Assembly: GCF_009914755.1 (NCBI RefSeq)
Contig: NC_060935.1
From: the human T2T-CHM13v2.0 reference genome, Homo sapiens
DNA length: 64,000 bases
Strand: one strand, 5' to 3'
Below, piece by piece: positions 46,654 to 59,171 of this stretch. The stretch's first letter is position 1; each line of letters begins with the position of its first letter. A program made the translations under genes and the position numbers. The notes beneath the pieces were generated by a model, which was not told the origin of the DNA, did no database searches, and was given only the letters and a program-made list of their open reading frames with translations.

Positions 46654-47334
46654 ATGGGGAAAAAAACAGGAAAAGCAGAACTGATTGTTGCTTTAGAAAT
46701 GAAGAATCTCTATTTGAGGACCTTATGTTGGGTATAATGTTCTCTCTCGTATACAGTTAGGCTTGGATATATCCTGAAGCTATAAGAAAAAATTTTCTAT
46801 TTATTTGATGAAAAGGAACTCTCTGGGTAACAAACATCAAGAATAAACTCCATTCAAATGAATTTTGCTCCAACAAATGTTAGAAGTTAAAAGTATCTGA
46901 ATCTAAAGATATACAGTACCAATGTATAGGGAAAGCATGCCTAGGGAAAGAATGGTTTGTCAAAGTAAGCACAAACCAGTATAGGGATGTCTTTGTGCAA
47001 CCTCTAACACTTTAGAAGAACAAGGGTTCATTATTAGTCACCATTATTAGTCATCAGAGTAGCACCATACTGGGGGAAGAACACCTGAAGTTCTTGAAGA
47101 ATTAGTATTGGCGTATGAAATTAATGTAGTTAGTGGACTTCATCCAATCCCTAGAGAAAACTTTGATAGTATTTCAGGTTCTGGATGGCATTAATGTTTT
47201 TAGTATACAATTGCAGCTTCTGAGTGTCAGCACAGGAGCTTCATTACTAATGGCAATAGGACAGAGCCTCATATGAAGAGGAAAAATGGAGTAAATATAA
47301 TTTGTCAGTAGGAATAATATTACAGTAATGATGA

Positions 47335-47575
47335 ATAGTAATGAGGACTAATATAATATTGTAAAAGACTCTTTTTAAACCGTTAACTACAGTTTGCTAA
47401 GAGTATGGGCTATCTCATTTAGTCCACATAATAAATCTGCAAGAAAGAAAAAAAAAAACCCACAAACTTTATTAAGATTCCATTTAAAATATAATCATTC
47501 TAAGGTTCAGAGAGTTAATTGCCAGCCTAAGGTCACACAGAGGGTGGTCTATGAAGGCAAGGTTTAAATGCAGGT
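47335..47575 (-). mobile_element. MIR SINE
   Basis: AAGGTTCAGAGAGTTAATTGCCAGCCTAAGGTCACACAG core. Confidence 0.6.
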
Positions 47576-48175
47576 GGTGAGCAGAAGCAATGGATGATTC
47601 AGGATTTCTGCACTATCCACATGTGAGGTTCCTCTTCTGTAAGAACTCTACCATACCCTCTACCCAGAGGTTCACTTTCATAGCCATATTTATAACACAC
47701 TTCTGTTTCTTTTTTGAATAAACTATCATGATTCCCCTAGGTAGACATAAACATCTCCAAACTGGTCCTAAGAGCATTTTTCAAGCTTTTTCACTGAGAC
47801 TCACAGTACATTTTTATTTGGTACCTTGAATACACACCCATATATTTAACATATTCTATGTGCCTTATACTCTGATTTTTCTATTTTATTTTCTTTTTTA
47901 AACATGCAGATTGTCAAACTCAATAAACTGAATCATAAATTAATGATAGCCTGAAAAAAATTGCTGGCTGATAAGCTCTCTCCCTGGATTTTGGAATTGG
48001 AACTAAGAGATAGCAAATTAAGTTTTATATGATTCAAATAATGACATACAAATTTTATGTATTGCTGTCATGGGCAGCCGTATCTTGCCCAAGACATCTT
48101 ATGTACCATAAGCAAAAATAAATTCATACATCAAAGTAGTCTGGGATGGGGGAGAGAAGGAGAGGGAGGGAGGGG

Positions 48176-48178
<3 letters not shown>

Positions 48179-48235
<57 letters not shown>
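48179..48235. repeat. (GA)n microsatellite within a polypurine tract
   Basis: Read directly; the purine run extends from ~48149. Confidence 0.97.
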
Positions 48236-49173
48236 TGATTTTTAAAAGAAACAGATAAAAGCGGGAACAGATGTGACAACTGACCAACTGGCCAGTGCTT
48301 GGCTTCTAGGCCTGGCTATATTCCTGCATTTGGATTTTACTGAAACTCCTTTGACTTAAGTAAGCTCTAATTTACCTCTATTGAGTTTACAACAAATAGA
48401 GAATCTCCGATTTTACAAGCATGATAAAATCATAATGATTGTACAGGAATAACTGGGAGGAATTTGACAAGGGAAGAATCCCCCCAATAATTTGCTGTTT
48501 GCAAGAAGTAAAGAGAGAGTATGAATTATAATACTTAATTTTGACCTGAGATTTGTATAGCCCATTATTGATTTATTGTTTGGGTTAAATGAACAGAAAG
48601 ACTAGACTACTTATAAAACAACTGTATATAACTCTAAACTCTAATGAAAAATTATAGATATGAGGCTATGAACTAAATAATGAGAAAGATTCATTGTCTT
48701 ATATTATTCATTGTCTTATCCTTAAAACCTGATCCAAAAACATAGTAACTCCATAATTATTGAATGCACAAATAAATGAATCAAGTGTTATAAAGGAAAT
48801 ATACACAGATGTATGAAATATAAACCAGAAAACAAAAATGATCCTGGGAATCAGAACAGCTTTTCTGGAAGAACATTTTATGAGTATTCAAGAATAACAT
48901 GTACCAAAGCCTGGTGAGGAGTAAGGCGCATGAAGCATTCAAGGCTATAACATAGGGTCAGTGTGGCTAGAATGCAGAGGTGAGGGTGAGATTACTTTGT
49001 GCTCATATGCCAAGCATTATATTAGGCACTGTACATTTTTCATCTCAGTTGTAATTATAAATAAAAAAAACAAATTAGGAAGGTTGAATGACCTAGTTCA
49101 GACTTCATTTTGACACAGGTGAGACACATCCACAAAATTAATATTGTCTAGTTTTCATTCTTAAAAATGGTGA

Positions 49174-50179
49174 CATACCCAGTAATGGGATTGGTGGGTC
49201 AAATGGTATTTCTAGTTCTAGGTCTTTGAGGAATCGCCAGCACTGTCTTCCACAATGGTTGAACTAATTTACACTCCTAGCAACAGTGTAAAAGCATTCC
49301 TATTTTTCCACATCCTCTCCAGCATCTGTTGTTTCCAGACTTTTTAATATTTGCCATTCTAACTGGCATGAGCTGGTATCTCATTTTGGTTTTGGTTAGC
49401 ATTTCTCTAAGGCCCAGCGATGGTGAGCTTTTTTTATATGTTTGTTGGCCACATAAATGTCTTCTTTGGAAAAGTGTCTGTTAATATCCTTCACCCACTT
49501 TTTGATGGGATGGGTTTTTTATAATCTTCTAAATTTGTTTAAGTTCCTTGTAGATTCTGGATAATAGCTCTTTGTCAGATGGATAGATTGCAACAATTTT
49601 CTCCCATTCTGTAGTCTGCCTGTTCACTCAAATGATTGTTTCTTTTGCTGTGCAGAAGATCTTTAGTTTAATTAGATCATAAATCATTATACTATGAAGG
49701 CATATGCACATGTATGTTTATTGTAGCACTATTCACAATAGCAAAGACTTGGAACCAACCCAAATGCCCATCAATTATAGACTGGATAAAGAAAACTTGG
49801 AACATATACACCATGGAATACTATGCAGCCATAAAAAAGAATGAGCTCATGTCCTTTGCAGGGACATGGATAAAGCTAGAAATTATCATTCTCAGCAAAC
49901 TAACATAGGAACATAAAACCAAACACTACATGTTCTCACTCATAAGTGGGAGTCGAACCATGAGAACATATGGGCACAGGGAGGGGAACGTCATATGCTG
50001 GGGCCAGTCGGTGGGTGGGGGTCAAGGAGAGGGATAGCATTAGGGGAAATACCCAATGTAGATGACAGGTTGAAGGGTGCAGCAAACCACCATGGCACAT
50101 ATATACGTATGAAACAAACCAGCACATTCTGCACAGGTATCACAGAACTTAAAGTATAATTAAAATAAATAAAAAAGAA
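49174..50179 (+). mobile_element. L1PA7/8-like, 5'-truncated with 5' inversion (49174-~49678 inverted)
   Basis: TSD AAAAATGGTGA (49163-49173, 50180-50190) at a TT/AAAA site; antisense ORF2 segment then sense ORF2 end (49714-49908) and 3'UTR. Confidence 0.95.
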
Positions 50180-50545
50180 AAAAATGGTGATAAAGACTTG
50201 TACTCTGCTGATAAATCAATTGAGGAAAATATGAGATTTACAGTTATCCAACTTTTAAAGAGAACTAAGAGGAAGTTTAAAGTGGACCTATAACATCAAC
50301 TGTAAGAAGTCAACTAGCCTTAGAAGTTAAACTACAGAAGATTGTAAAAGATGGTAATGATTAATTTAGCAAAATAATGGACTACTTAAAAGTTTGCAAA
50401 ATGTAGCAAATAGTAGTGTTTTCTTTCCATGTTACTCTGCTTGGAGCACAAAGAGGTTATTCCAAATTTGCACCAACAAGTAATTGTGTGTACTGTTGGC
50501 TCCATAATAAAGGTATACAAAGGATTTCTAAATAGGCATTTTACT

Positions 50546-52880
50546 TGATGTGGTTTGGCTCTGTGTCCCCGCTCAAATCTCATCTTGAATTGTACTCCTG
50601 TAATTTCCCCATGTTGTGTGAGGGACCTGGTGGGAGATGATTGAATCATGGGGGTTTTAATCCCCCATAGTGTTCTAGTGTTAGTGAATAAGTCTCATGA
50701 GATCTGATGGTTTTGTCAGAGGTTTCTACTTTTGCATCTTCCTCATTTTCTCTTTGCCTGCTGCCATCCATGTTAGATGGGGGTTGCTCCTCCTTGCCTT
50801 CTGCCCTGATTGTGAGGCTTCCCCAGCCATGTGGAACTGTAAGTCCAATAAAACTTCTTTGTTTTGTAAATTTTCCAGTCTCTGGTATGTCTTTATCAGC
50901 AGCATGAAAATGGACTAATAGAGTAAATTGACACCACTAGAGAGGGGCGTTGCTGAAAAGATACCTGCAAATGTGGAAGCGACTTTGGAACTAGGTAACA
51001 GGCAGAGGTTGGAACCATTTGGAGGGCTCAGAAGAAGAAGGGAAAATGTGGAAGCGTTTGGAAATTCCTAGAGAATTGTTGAATGGCTTTGCCCAAAATG
51101 CTGATAGCAATATGGACAATAAAGTCTAGGCTGAGCTGGTCTCAGATGTAGATGAGGAACTTGTTGGGAACTGGAGCAAAGGTGACTCTTGCTATGTTTT
51201 AGCAAAGAGACTGGTGGCATTTTGCTCCTGTCCTAGAGATTTGTGGACCTTTGAACTTGAGAGAGATGATTTAGGGTATCTGACAGAAGAAGTTTCTAAG
51301 CAGCAAAGCATTCAAGAGGTGATTTGGGTGCTGTTTAAAGCATTTAGTTTTAAAATGGAAACAGAGCATAAAAGTTTGAAAAATTTGCAGCCTGGCAATG
51401 TGATAGAAAAGAAAATCCCATTTTCTGAGGAGAAATTCAAGCCAGCTGCAGAAATTTGCTTAAGTAATGAGGAGCCAAATGTTAAGCCCCAAGACAATAG
51501 GGAAAATGTCTCCAGGGCATGTCAGAATTCTTCGTGGCAGCCCCTCCCATCACAGGCCTGGAGGCCTAGGAGGAAAAAGTGGTTTTGTGTGCTGGACTGA
51601 GAGTATCCTGAGCTGTGTGCAGAATAGGGACTTGGTGCCCTGCGTCCCAGCTCCTCCTGTTGTGCATGAAAGGGGCCAGTGTAGATCTTGGGCTGTGGCT
51701 TCAGATGGTGCAAGCCCTAAGCCTTGGCAGCTTCTACATGGTGTTGAACCTGTGGGTACAGAGAAGTCAAGAATTGAGGTTTGGGAACTTCCCCCTAGAT
51801 TTCAGAAGATGGAAATGCCTGGATACCCAGGCAGAAGTTTGCTGCAGGGGCAGGGCTGTCATGGAGAACCTCTGCTAGGGCAGTGTGGAAGGGAAATGTG
51901 GCGTTGGAGCACCCACACAGAGTCCTTACTAGGGCACTGCCTAGTGGAGCTGTGAGAAGGGGGTCACTCTCCTCTATACCCCAGAATGGTGGTTCCACCA
52001 ACAGCTTGCATTGTGCATCTGGAAAGGCACAGACACTCAATGCCAGCCTGTGAAAGCAGCCAGAAAGAAGGCTTACCCTGCAAAACCACAGGGGTGGAGC
52101 TGCCCAAGACCATGGGAACTCACCTCTTGCATCAGTGTGACCTGGATGTGAGAGATGGAGTCAAAGGAGATCATTTTGGAGCTTTAAGATTTGACGGCCC
52201 CAGTGGATATCAGACTTGCATCGGCCCTGTAGCCATTTTGTTTTGGCCAATTTCTCCCATTTGGAATAGTTGTATTTACCTGATGTCTGTACCCCTATTT
52301 TATCTAGGAAATAAATAGCTTGCATTTCACTTTACAGGCTCATAGGCAGAAGGGACTTGCCTTGTCTCAGATGAGACATTGGACTGTGGACTTTTGGGTT
52401 AATGATGAAACGAGTTAAGACTTTGGGGGACTGTTGGGAAGGTATAGATGGTTTTGCAATGTGAGGATATGAGATTTGGCAGTGGCTAGGGGTGGAATGA
52501 TATGATTTGCCTCTGTCCCCACTCAGATATCATCTTGAATTGTATTCCCATAATTCCCACATGTTGTGGGAGGGACCTGGTGGGAGATGACTGAATCATA
52601 GGGGCAGTTTCCCCCATACTGTTCTCATGGTAGTGAGTACGTCCCATGGGATCTAATGGTTTTATCAGGGGTTTCTGCTTTTGTGTCTTCCTCATTCTCT
52701 CTTTGCCTGCTGCCTTCCATGTAAGATGGGACTTGCTCCTCCTTGCCTTCCACCTTGATTGTGAGGCTCCCCCAGCCACATGGAACTTTAAGTCCAATTA
52801 AACCTATTTCTTTTTAAACCTCTCTATTTCTTTTGTAAGTTGCCCAGTCTTGGGTATGTCTTTATCAGGAGCGTGAAAAC
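50546..52880 (+). mobile_element. Complete THE1 (THE1A/B-like) MaLR: 5'LTR 50546-50922, internal 50923-52497, 3'LTR 52498-52880
   Basis: Two direct LTRs, ~1.57-kb internal region with typical ORF relic (PRDLWTFELERDDLGYL), purine-rich tract before the 3'LTR; last ~11 nt of the 3'LTR missing. Confidence 0.95.
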
Positions 52881-52949
52881 TTCTTGATAACTGCCCCAAA
52901 TTTTTCACTGATAGGCCCCAGTGACCAAGTTAGCTCAGTATTTACCTGG

Positions 52950-53302
52950 TGATATGTTTGGTTCTGTCCCCACAAAATCGCATCTTGAATTGTAGCTCCC
53001 ATAATCCCCATGTGTCATGGAAGGGACCCAATGGGAGTTAATTGAATCATAGGGTGGGTTTTTCTCTTGCTGTTCTTGTGATAGTGAATAAGTCTCATGA
53101 GGTCTGACGGTTTTATAAAGAAGCGTTCCCCTGCACATGCCCTTTGCCTGCTGCCATGTGCCTTTGCTCCTCCTTTGTCTTCTCCCATGATTGTGAGGCC
53201 TTCCCAGTCATGTGGAACTGTGAGTCCATTAAACCTATTTTTCTTTATAAATTACCCAGTCTCAGGTATTTCTTCATAGCAGTGTGAAAATGGACAAATA
53301 CT
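52950..53302 (+). mobile_element. THE1 (B/C-like) solo LTR
   Basis: Full LTR length with near-identical 5-bp flanks CCTGG/CTTGG. Confidence 0.92.
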
Positions 53303-53379
53303 CTTGGAGATTGAGAATGGGATGTCAGAGAATATAGGGGAAGGCTATTTATTAATTATGGCTTGGGCAGGAAAAGATA

Positions 53380-53770
53380 TCATACTAAGACTAATTTGAG
53401 AAGAATCTAATAAAGGTTCTATTAAAAAAGACATGGGTGTAATTAAGGAAATAATGAAGAGTATAATATCCTAGATGTGTGTATGCTTATAACAGTAAGC
53501 CACTAGTAGGGCCCTTAGAATTGAAGCAATCAGAGGAGAAGTATTTACTGGAACTTAGTGAGTGGTATCCCGGCAAGAAAGGATCCAGGGAAATAGAAAT
53601 ATTTATCTTACTATTTTTCTTGCCTCTGATCTTCTGCCATGGCCTCTTATTTGCCAATCCAACCAGAAGCCAGGTTGCAAGGAAGCTTCTTGATGCAGTC
53701 CATCAAAGTCAACCTATCCGCACACAGGGCAAGGTGAGAATATATCTGGAGGGTCAAATTGGAGACTCAC
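53380..53770 (-). mobile_element. Ancient ERVL-type LTR fragment (LTR33/41-like)
   Basis: GCCAATCCAACCAGAAGCCAGG...GATGCAGTCCAT motif; family assignment uncertain. Confidence 0.4.
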
Positions 53771-54244
53771 TCTAAGTACCTTCTCAAATGAAAGCTCAGG
53801 CTTATAGTTCCCCCATTTTGTGTTAAACATCAGTTAAATTGAACAAATATTTATTAAGATCAAGGTAGATACAAGCTGCTGTGCTGCACACTTTAAGATT
53901 TGAAAAGATTAAAAAATTGTCAACTCTATCTATAGGGGACTCAGATACTCAAGTGGGTATACTATAAAGTACAGAAAGAAAAGGGATGAGGGTAACTAAA
54001 AAGAGAATATATTATTCTTAGCATAGTAAGAGACAAAACCCTGATACACAAGCTTTTCTTAGCTGGAAAACACTACAAATTTTATTTTGTGATTGTTTAC
54101 ATCAAATCTTAGCCAAAATTTCATTTTGCTAATCAGATAAAAGAGGAACAGTGGTTAAAATAAGGATATGTTGGTGATGTTTTATATAAAACGTAAAAAT
54201 CTGCCATTATGTGTAAATAAGGAATAATAGAAACATTTGGAAAT

Positions 54245-55790
54245 GAACAATTTTTTTTAGTGCCTACTATGTACTACATTATGCTAGGTGCTGGAGATAT
54301 AATGGTGAATAATGTTGCAATATGCCCAGTCTTCATGGAATCAACAGTCCAGTGGGGAAGGCAGATAAGTGGTAAGTCAATTGTAGTGCATGTTGATAAG
54401 AATAATTTATAAGGGGGCCCAGGGCATGGAGGCTCACGCCTGTAATCCCAGCGCTTCTGGGAGGCTGAGCTGGGTTATTACCTGAGGTTAGGAGTTCAAG
54501 ACAAGCCTGGCCAACATGGTGAAACCCTGTTTCTACAAAAATTAGCAAGGCATGGGGGTGCACACCTGTAGTCCCAGCTACTCAGGAGGCTGAGGCAGAA
54601 GACTCGCAGGTGGAGGTTGCAGTGAGCCAAGATCATGCCACTGCACTCCAGCCTGGGCAATAGAGTGAGACTTCATCTCAAAAACAAAACAAAACAAAAC
54701 AAAAGAATAATTATAAGGGAAGTACTGGTGCTATGGAAACACAGATGGAGTAAATAAAAATTGGAGATTTGGGGCTCAACATAGATGAAGAGACTTTCCA
54801 GTTAAAGTTGTATCTAAATTATTACCTGAAAAATGAGTTAAGAGCAATACACACAAAGAAGCAAAGAGGAAAAAATGTTTCCAGAGAGAAGGTAATATAT
54901 ACAGTTTCAGAGACAAAGAATGGTGTCAGAATGTGCTTTCAAGGTAAGGCAAGAGATTTAATATTACTAGAGTTCACAAGGGAAAGTCAGCGCTAAGGAG
55001 AAGGCCAAAAGCTAAGACCAGGCAAATCGTCAGGGGTCAGGTCATGATGAGGAAGCATAAGAGGAAAGATCTTAGATATTATCTGGAGGGTCCTGGAGAG
55101 TCGTTGAGGTATTTTAGGCAGGAGTGTGGCCTCAGTATATTTACAATTTAGAAGACTATTCCAATGAGTGGAGTGACTTAGTGGGGAGCTAGATGATAAA
55201 AATTAACACATAGTGATCCAAATGAAAGATAATGATGACCAGAGCTACAGTTGTAGGAAGAGAAATGATAGAATTAGATGCATTTCAGAAATATTAAAGA
55301 GTTATAATTGTCTGAATTGATGGATTGGATAAGGTTAGAGAAGTACACATGGATGCCTCAGTTATGACTTGGCAATTCAATGATCAGTGGTTCCATTTAC
55401 AGAGAGAAATTGTGAGAAAAGAAGCAGGTTTCGAGTGGGAGAGATGAGTTTAAATTTAGATATTTCAGACAGAGGTGCTCATAATATATTCAAGTGTAAA
55501 AGGATAGTAAGCATTTGAAAATACAGATCTGAATTTCCTGTGAAAATTATTGACTGGACCTCAAAATTTAAGAGCTATTAGTATGAGTAGTAATTAACCT
55601 CCTAGACAGGATAAAGTTATGTGAGAATGTATGAAGTGATAAAATTTTAAAAAAAAGATACAGTTAAGTCTAACAATTTTAGAATGGGCAGAGGAAGGAG
55701 CCTGCTAGACTGAGAACAGGTCATATGAGGGGTAGGAGAAGATATAGAAGAGTATGGTGTCAAAAAAAAATTTACAGAAGAGAGAGTTTT
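54245..55790 (-). mobile_element. L2 LINE (~1.2 kb) interrupted by Alu
   Basis: AGTGCCTACTATGTAC...CTAGGTGCTGGAGAT terminus followed by a long purine-rich L2 body. Confidence 0.78.
54416..54702 (+). mobile_element. AluS (Sx/Sq-like) with small deletions and (AAAAC)n tail
   Basis: TSD AAGAATAAT(T)TATAAGGG at 54398-54415 and 54703-54719. Confidence 0.92.
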
Positions 55791-57044
55791 CAGAAGAATT
55801 TGTTTTTTATGGTAGCATGTACCATAATCGCTTTTCAGTGACTTGAAGCACAGATCAGAGTTCTTGCTGATACCATTTCCCTAGAGAAGCGACCGGTTTT
55901 TATCCTTTCTTCTAAATTTAAATGTTTATTGTTTTAATGTCTATGGAGAATAATTTTCCCCTCCTGTCTAATAGGTCATCAGGTCAGTGGATATATAAGT
56001 CACCATTATTAACAGCCTCACTAAAAGACTACAAGATGAGTAAAATAGGTTCAAGACAGCTCCTATCACAGGGTTATTTTAGTAACTGTATGTGGAATTC
56101 TGGCTGTTTTATTTGGAGCTATGTTGAGTACTCAGATCTGTATTTCTCAGCATCAATGTACAGAACTCCTTTGAGTCCTGCAAAGCATTGTCACACTACA
56201 AAGCACAGTCAGTGTGAAAAAAAAAGAGAGGATGATGACAGAGTAGACAGCATGTCACAACCTCTTTATATATTATTTAAGTCAAATATGTATCTATATG
56301 ATATAAATATATGTAATAAACATCATAGCATAGCATAGTATATTAAATCATATACATATATGTGTGTATTGACATCTATATGTGTATATACTTTCTCTCT
56401 ATATACAAATATAGCTGTGTGATATATATATATACACACACCCCCCCACACATATGACTTTTCCTGGTTGAGTCCTGCCTATATAAAAACCACCCAGTCT
56501 ATCTGATAAGAAATTTGGGGATTATTGGATTTGCTGAGTCAGATGACTAGGTAAGATATTTCTTATTAGACAGAATGGAAAGATGTTGGTCTTGCTTTAT
56601 CAACCACATGTTTTACAGAAGTTGTCAGTGTCCTCCTTTTATTAGTTTAGGGCACAACATTTCAGAGTTCTCATTTAGTTAGACAAAGTTCTAAGACTCA
56701 GAGTGTAGGTAGACAAGGTGCACAACTTGTCTCTGCTATATTCAGACATATCGACTGATTCCAAGCCATCTAAATTAATTAGACCTCTTGATACCAAGAA
56801 TCAAAAGGTTTACTAACCAGGTAATGTTAATGGCATATCCCTGAGTAACAAGGGCATTATTCTGTTGGATCAAAAAGGTTAAACTTGATTACAGAAATCT
56901 TTGTGAAGGGATTTTTCTTTTTAAGATTCGCCAAATCCTCATAAGAGGGAGCTTAAAGTACCTATTGTAAAAAATTTTCAAAGATCCAGTTACAAAACCA
57001 TAAAACTATAGCTATATTGTTAAAGATAAGTTATTTTGGAAAAT

Positions 57045-57170
57045 AAACTCCCTCAGGGCAGTGACCATGTCTATTTTGTTCATCAATATATCCTTAGCTA
57101 TTAGCACCTAACATTGCCTGGTTCATACCAGACCTTCAGAAATATTTCATGGATAGACGTTTGCATGAAT
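57045..57170 (+). mobile_element. L2 3' end
   Basis: AAACTCCCTCAGGGCAGTGACCATGTCTATTTTGTTCA...GCACCTAACATTGCCTGG. Confidence 0.7.
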
Positions 57171-57544
57171 CCTCAGTTTAATTCAAAATGTTGTCATAAA
57201 TATTTTTAGCTAAAGAATCCTGAAGCCTATTACAAGTATGATTTCCATGAGAAAGTAGTTTTCTTCACTCGTGATGGATGAATGATGTCTAATACACATT
57301 ATGGTGAATTGGAAGAAGTATTCAGTAGCCTCTGAATAGCAGTTATGGTGGTAGCACCAAAGATCCTTAAAGCTCTATGTTGTTCCATATATACAGTAAA
57401 CAAATCATAATCATCTTGGTTCTTTCAATTGTATTGTACTTTACTTATTACAAAGTACTTTTACAGGTGTTTTGCTTTCATTTGAGCTTCATAACAACCT
57501 TGTTGAAGAAAGTAAAATACTATCTCCAATTCACACCTCTCCAT

Positions 57545-57830
57545 GTGATTAATTATTCTTTCAACAGGCATTTATTGTGCTCCAAATATTGAGCATAACC
57601 ATTGGCAGACAGATACATAAATTATGAGACACAGGTCCTGCCCTTAGGAAGATGACAGTCTTTTTGAGAAAAATAAGACAATGAAATAAATAATTATAAT
57701 GAAGTAAAGAGATCAGTATTAAGTAAAACATATAACCTCATTGTAAAGTGTTCAGGGAAGAACATACATTTTTGGCTGGGAGCTTGATAAAGGCTTTCAG
57801 AAGGAAGGAACATGACATAATGTCACTGGG
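57545..57830 (-). mobile_element. L2 3' end
   Basis: TTCAACAGGCATTTATTGTGCTCC...AGACACAGGTCCTGCCCTTAGGAAG. Confidence 0.65.
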
Positions 57831-57874
57831 ATTTTGAGATACTTGTTTATTTTATCAATTTTGGAGACAATTTA

Positions 57875-59171
57875 TGGTCATGCTTTGTATAATGATGTTT
57901 GATTCAATGACAGACTACATATATCATATTGTCCCCAGAAGATTATAACAAAGCTGAAAATTTCTATTGCCTAGTGATGCCATAGGTTCATAATATCATA
58001 GTGCAGTGCATTATGGATGTGTATGTGGTGATGCTGGCTTAACCTAACCTACTGCTCTGCCAATCATATAAAAGTATAATATATACAATTATGTACAATC
58101 CATAATACTTGAAGATGATAATAAATGACTGTTCCTGATTTATGGCTTATGTGTTTACTATACTATAATTTTTATTGTTATTTCAGAGCATATTCCTTCT
58201 ACTTACAGAAAAAGTCAACTGTAAAACAGCCTCAGGCAGGTCTTTCAGGAGATATTCCAGAAGGCATTGTTATCATACAAAATGATAGCTCCATGAGTAT
58301 CATTTTCCCTGAAGACCAGTGGGACAAGATGAGGAGATGGAAGACAGTGATATGGATGATCCTGAACCTGAGACTGTATAGGCCTAGGCTAATGCATGTG
58401 TTTGTGTCTTCGTTTTTAACTAAAAGCTTAAAAAGTAAGAAAAATAAAAATAAAACATTTGAAAATACAAAAATCATATAGAATTAAGGACATAAGAATA
58501 TTTTCGAACAGCTGTACAATGTATGTGTGTTTTAAGCTAAATGTTATTGCAAAAGAGCCAAAAGTTTTTTTAAAAAGTTTATAAAAACTTACAATAAGCT
58601 AAGATTAATTTATTAATGAAGAAATAATCTTTGTATATAAGTTTAGTGTAGCCTAAGTGTACAGTGTTTATAAATCTACAGTAATGTCCCAGACCTTCAC
58701 ATTCACTCATCACTCACTCACTGACTCACTCAGAGCAACTTCCACTCCTGCAAGCTCCATCCATTGTAAGTGCCTTATAAATGTGTACCACTTTTTATCT
58801 TTTATACTGTATTTTTACTGTACCCTTTCTATGCTTGTTTAGATACACAAATACCACTGTGTAACAATTGCCTACAGTATTCAGTACCGAAATATGGGGT
58901 ACAGATGTGTAGCCTAGGAGCAATAGGCTATACCATATAACCTAGGTGTGTATAGGTTTGTGTAAGCATACTCCACAATGCTTGCACAACTATATGCAAG
59001 CATACTCTATGATGTAAACATACTCTAGGATGTTCGTATAAGCATACTCTACAGTGTTTGTGTAAGCATACTCTAAATTTGTGTAAGCATACTCTACGAT
59101 GTTTGCATAACCATGACATCACCTAATGATACATTTTCAGAATGTAACCCATTGTTAAACATACATGACAG
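57875..59171 (+). mobile_element. Tigger3b (MER7B-type) non-autonomous DNA transposon
   Basis: TA|TGGTCATG...CATGACAG|TA terminal repeats; internal ACAGCCTCAGGCAGGTCTTTCAGGAG and CACTCACTCACTGACTCAC motifs; ~1.3 kb. Confidence 0.9.
58956..59110. repeat. Irregular minisatellite, six copies of a (TAAG)CATACTC core
   Basis: CATACTC at 58967, 59001, 59019, 59043, 59067 and 59088. Confidence 0.9.

Noticed and set aside
47029-48719. Short tandem duplications (13-bp period at 47029, 17-bp at 48689; also 11-bp at 16687)
   Set aside because: Real but ordinary slippage products with no sign of function.
51214-52318. Overlapping ORFs in the THE1 internal region
   Set aside because: Frameshifted remnants of the ordinary MaLR internal ORF, not an intact gene.
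55922-56338. 138-aa ORF in unique DNA
   Set aside because: No recognisable homology, domain or exon context; length is compatible with chance in 64 kb.
58956-59110. CRISPR-like array (conserved core with variable spacers)
   Set aside because: Primate DNA, no cas genes, core only ~12 bp, and the spacers are related to one another and to the host transposon.
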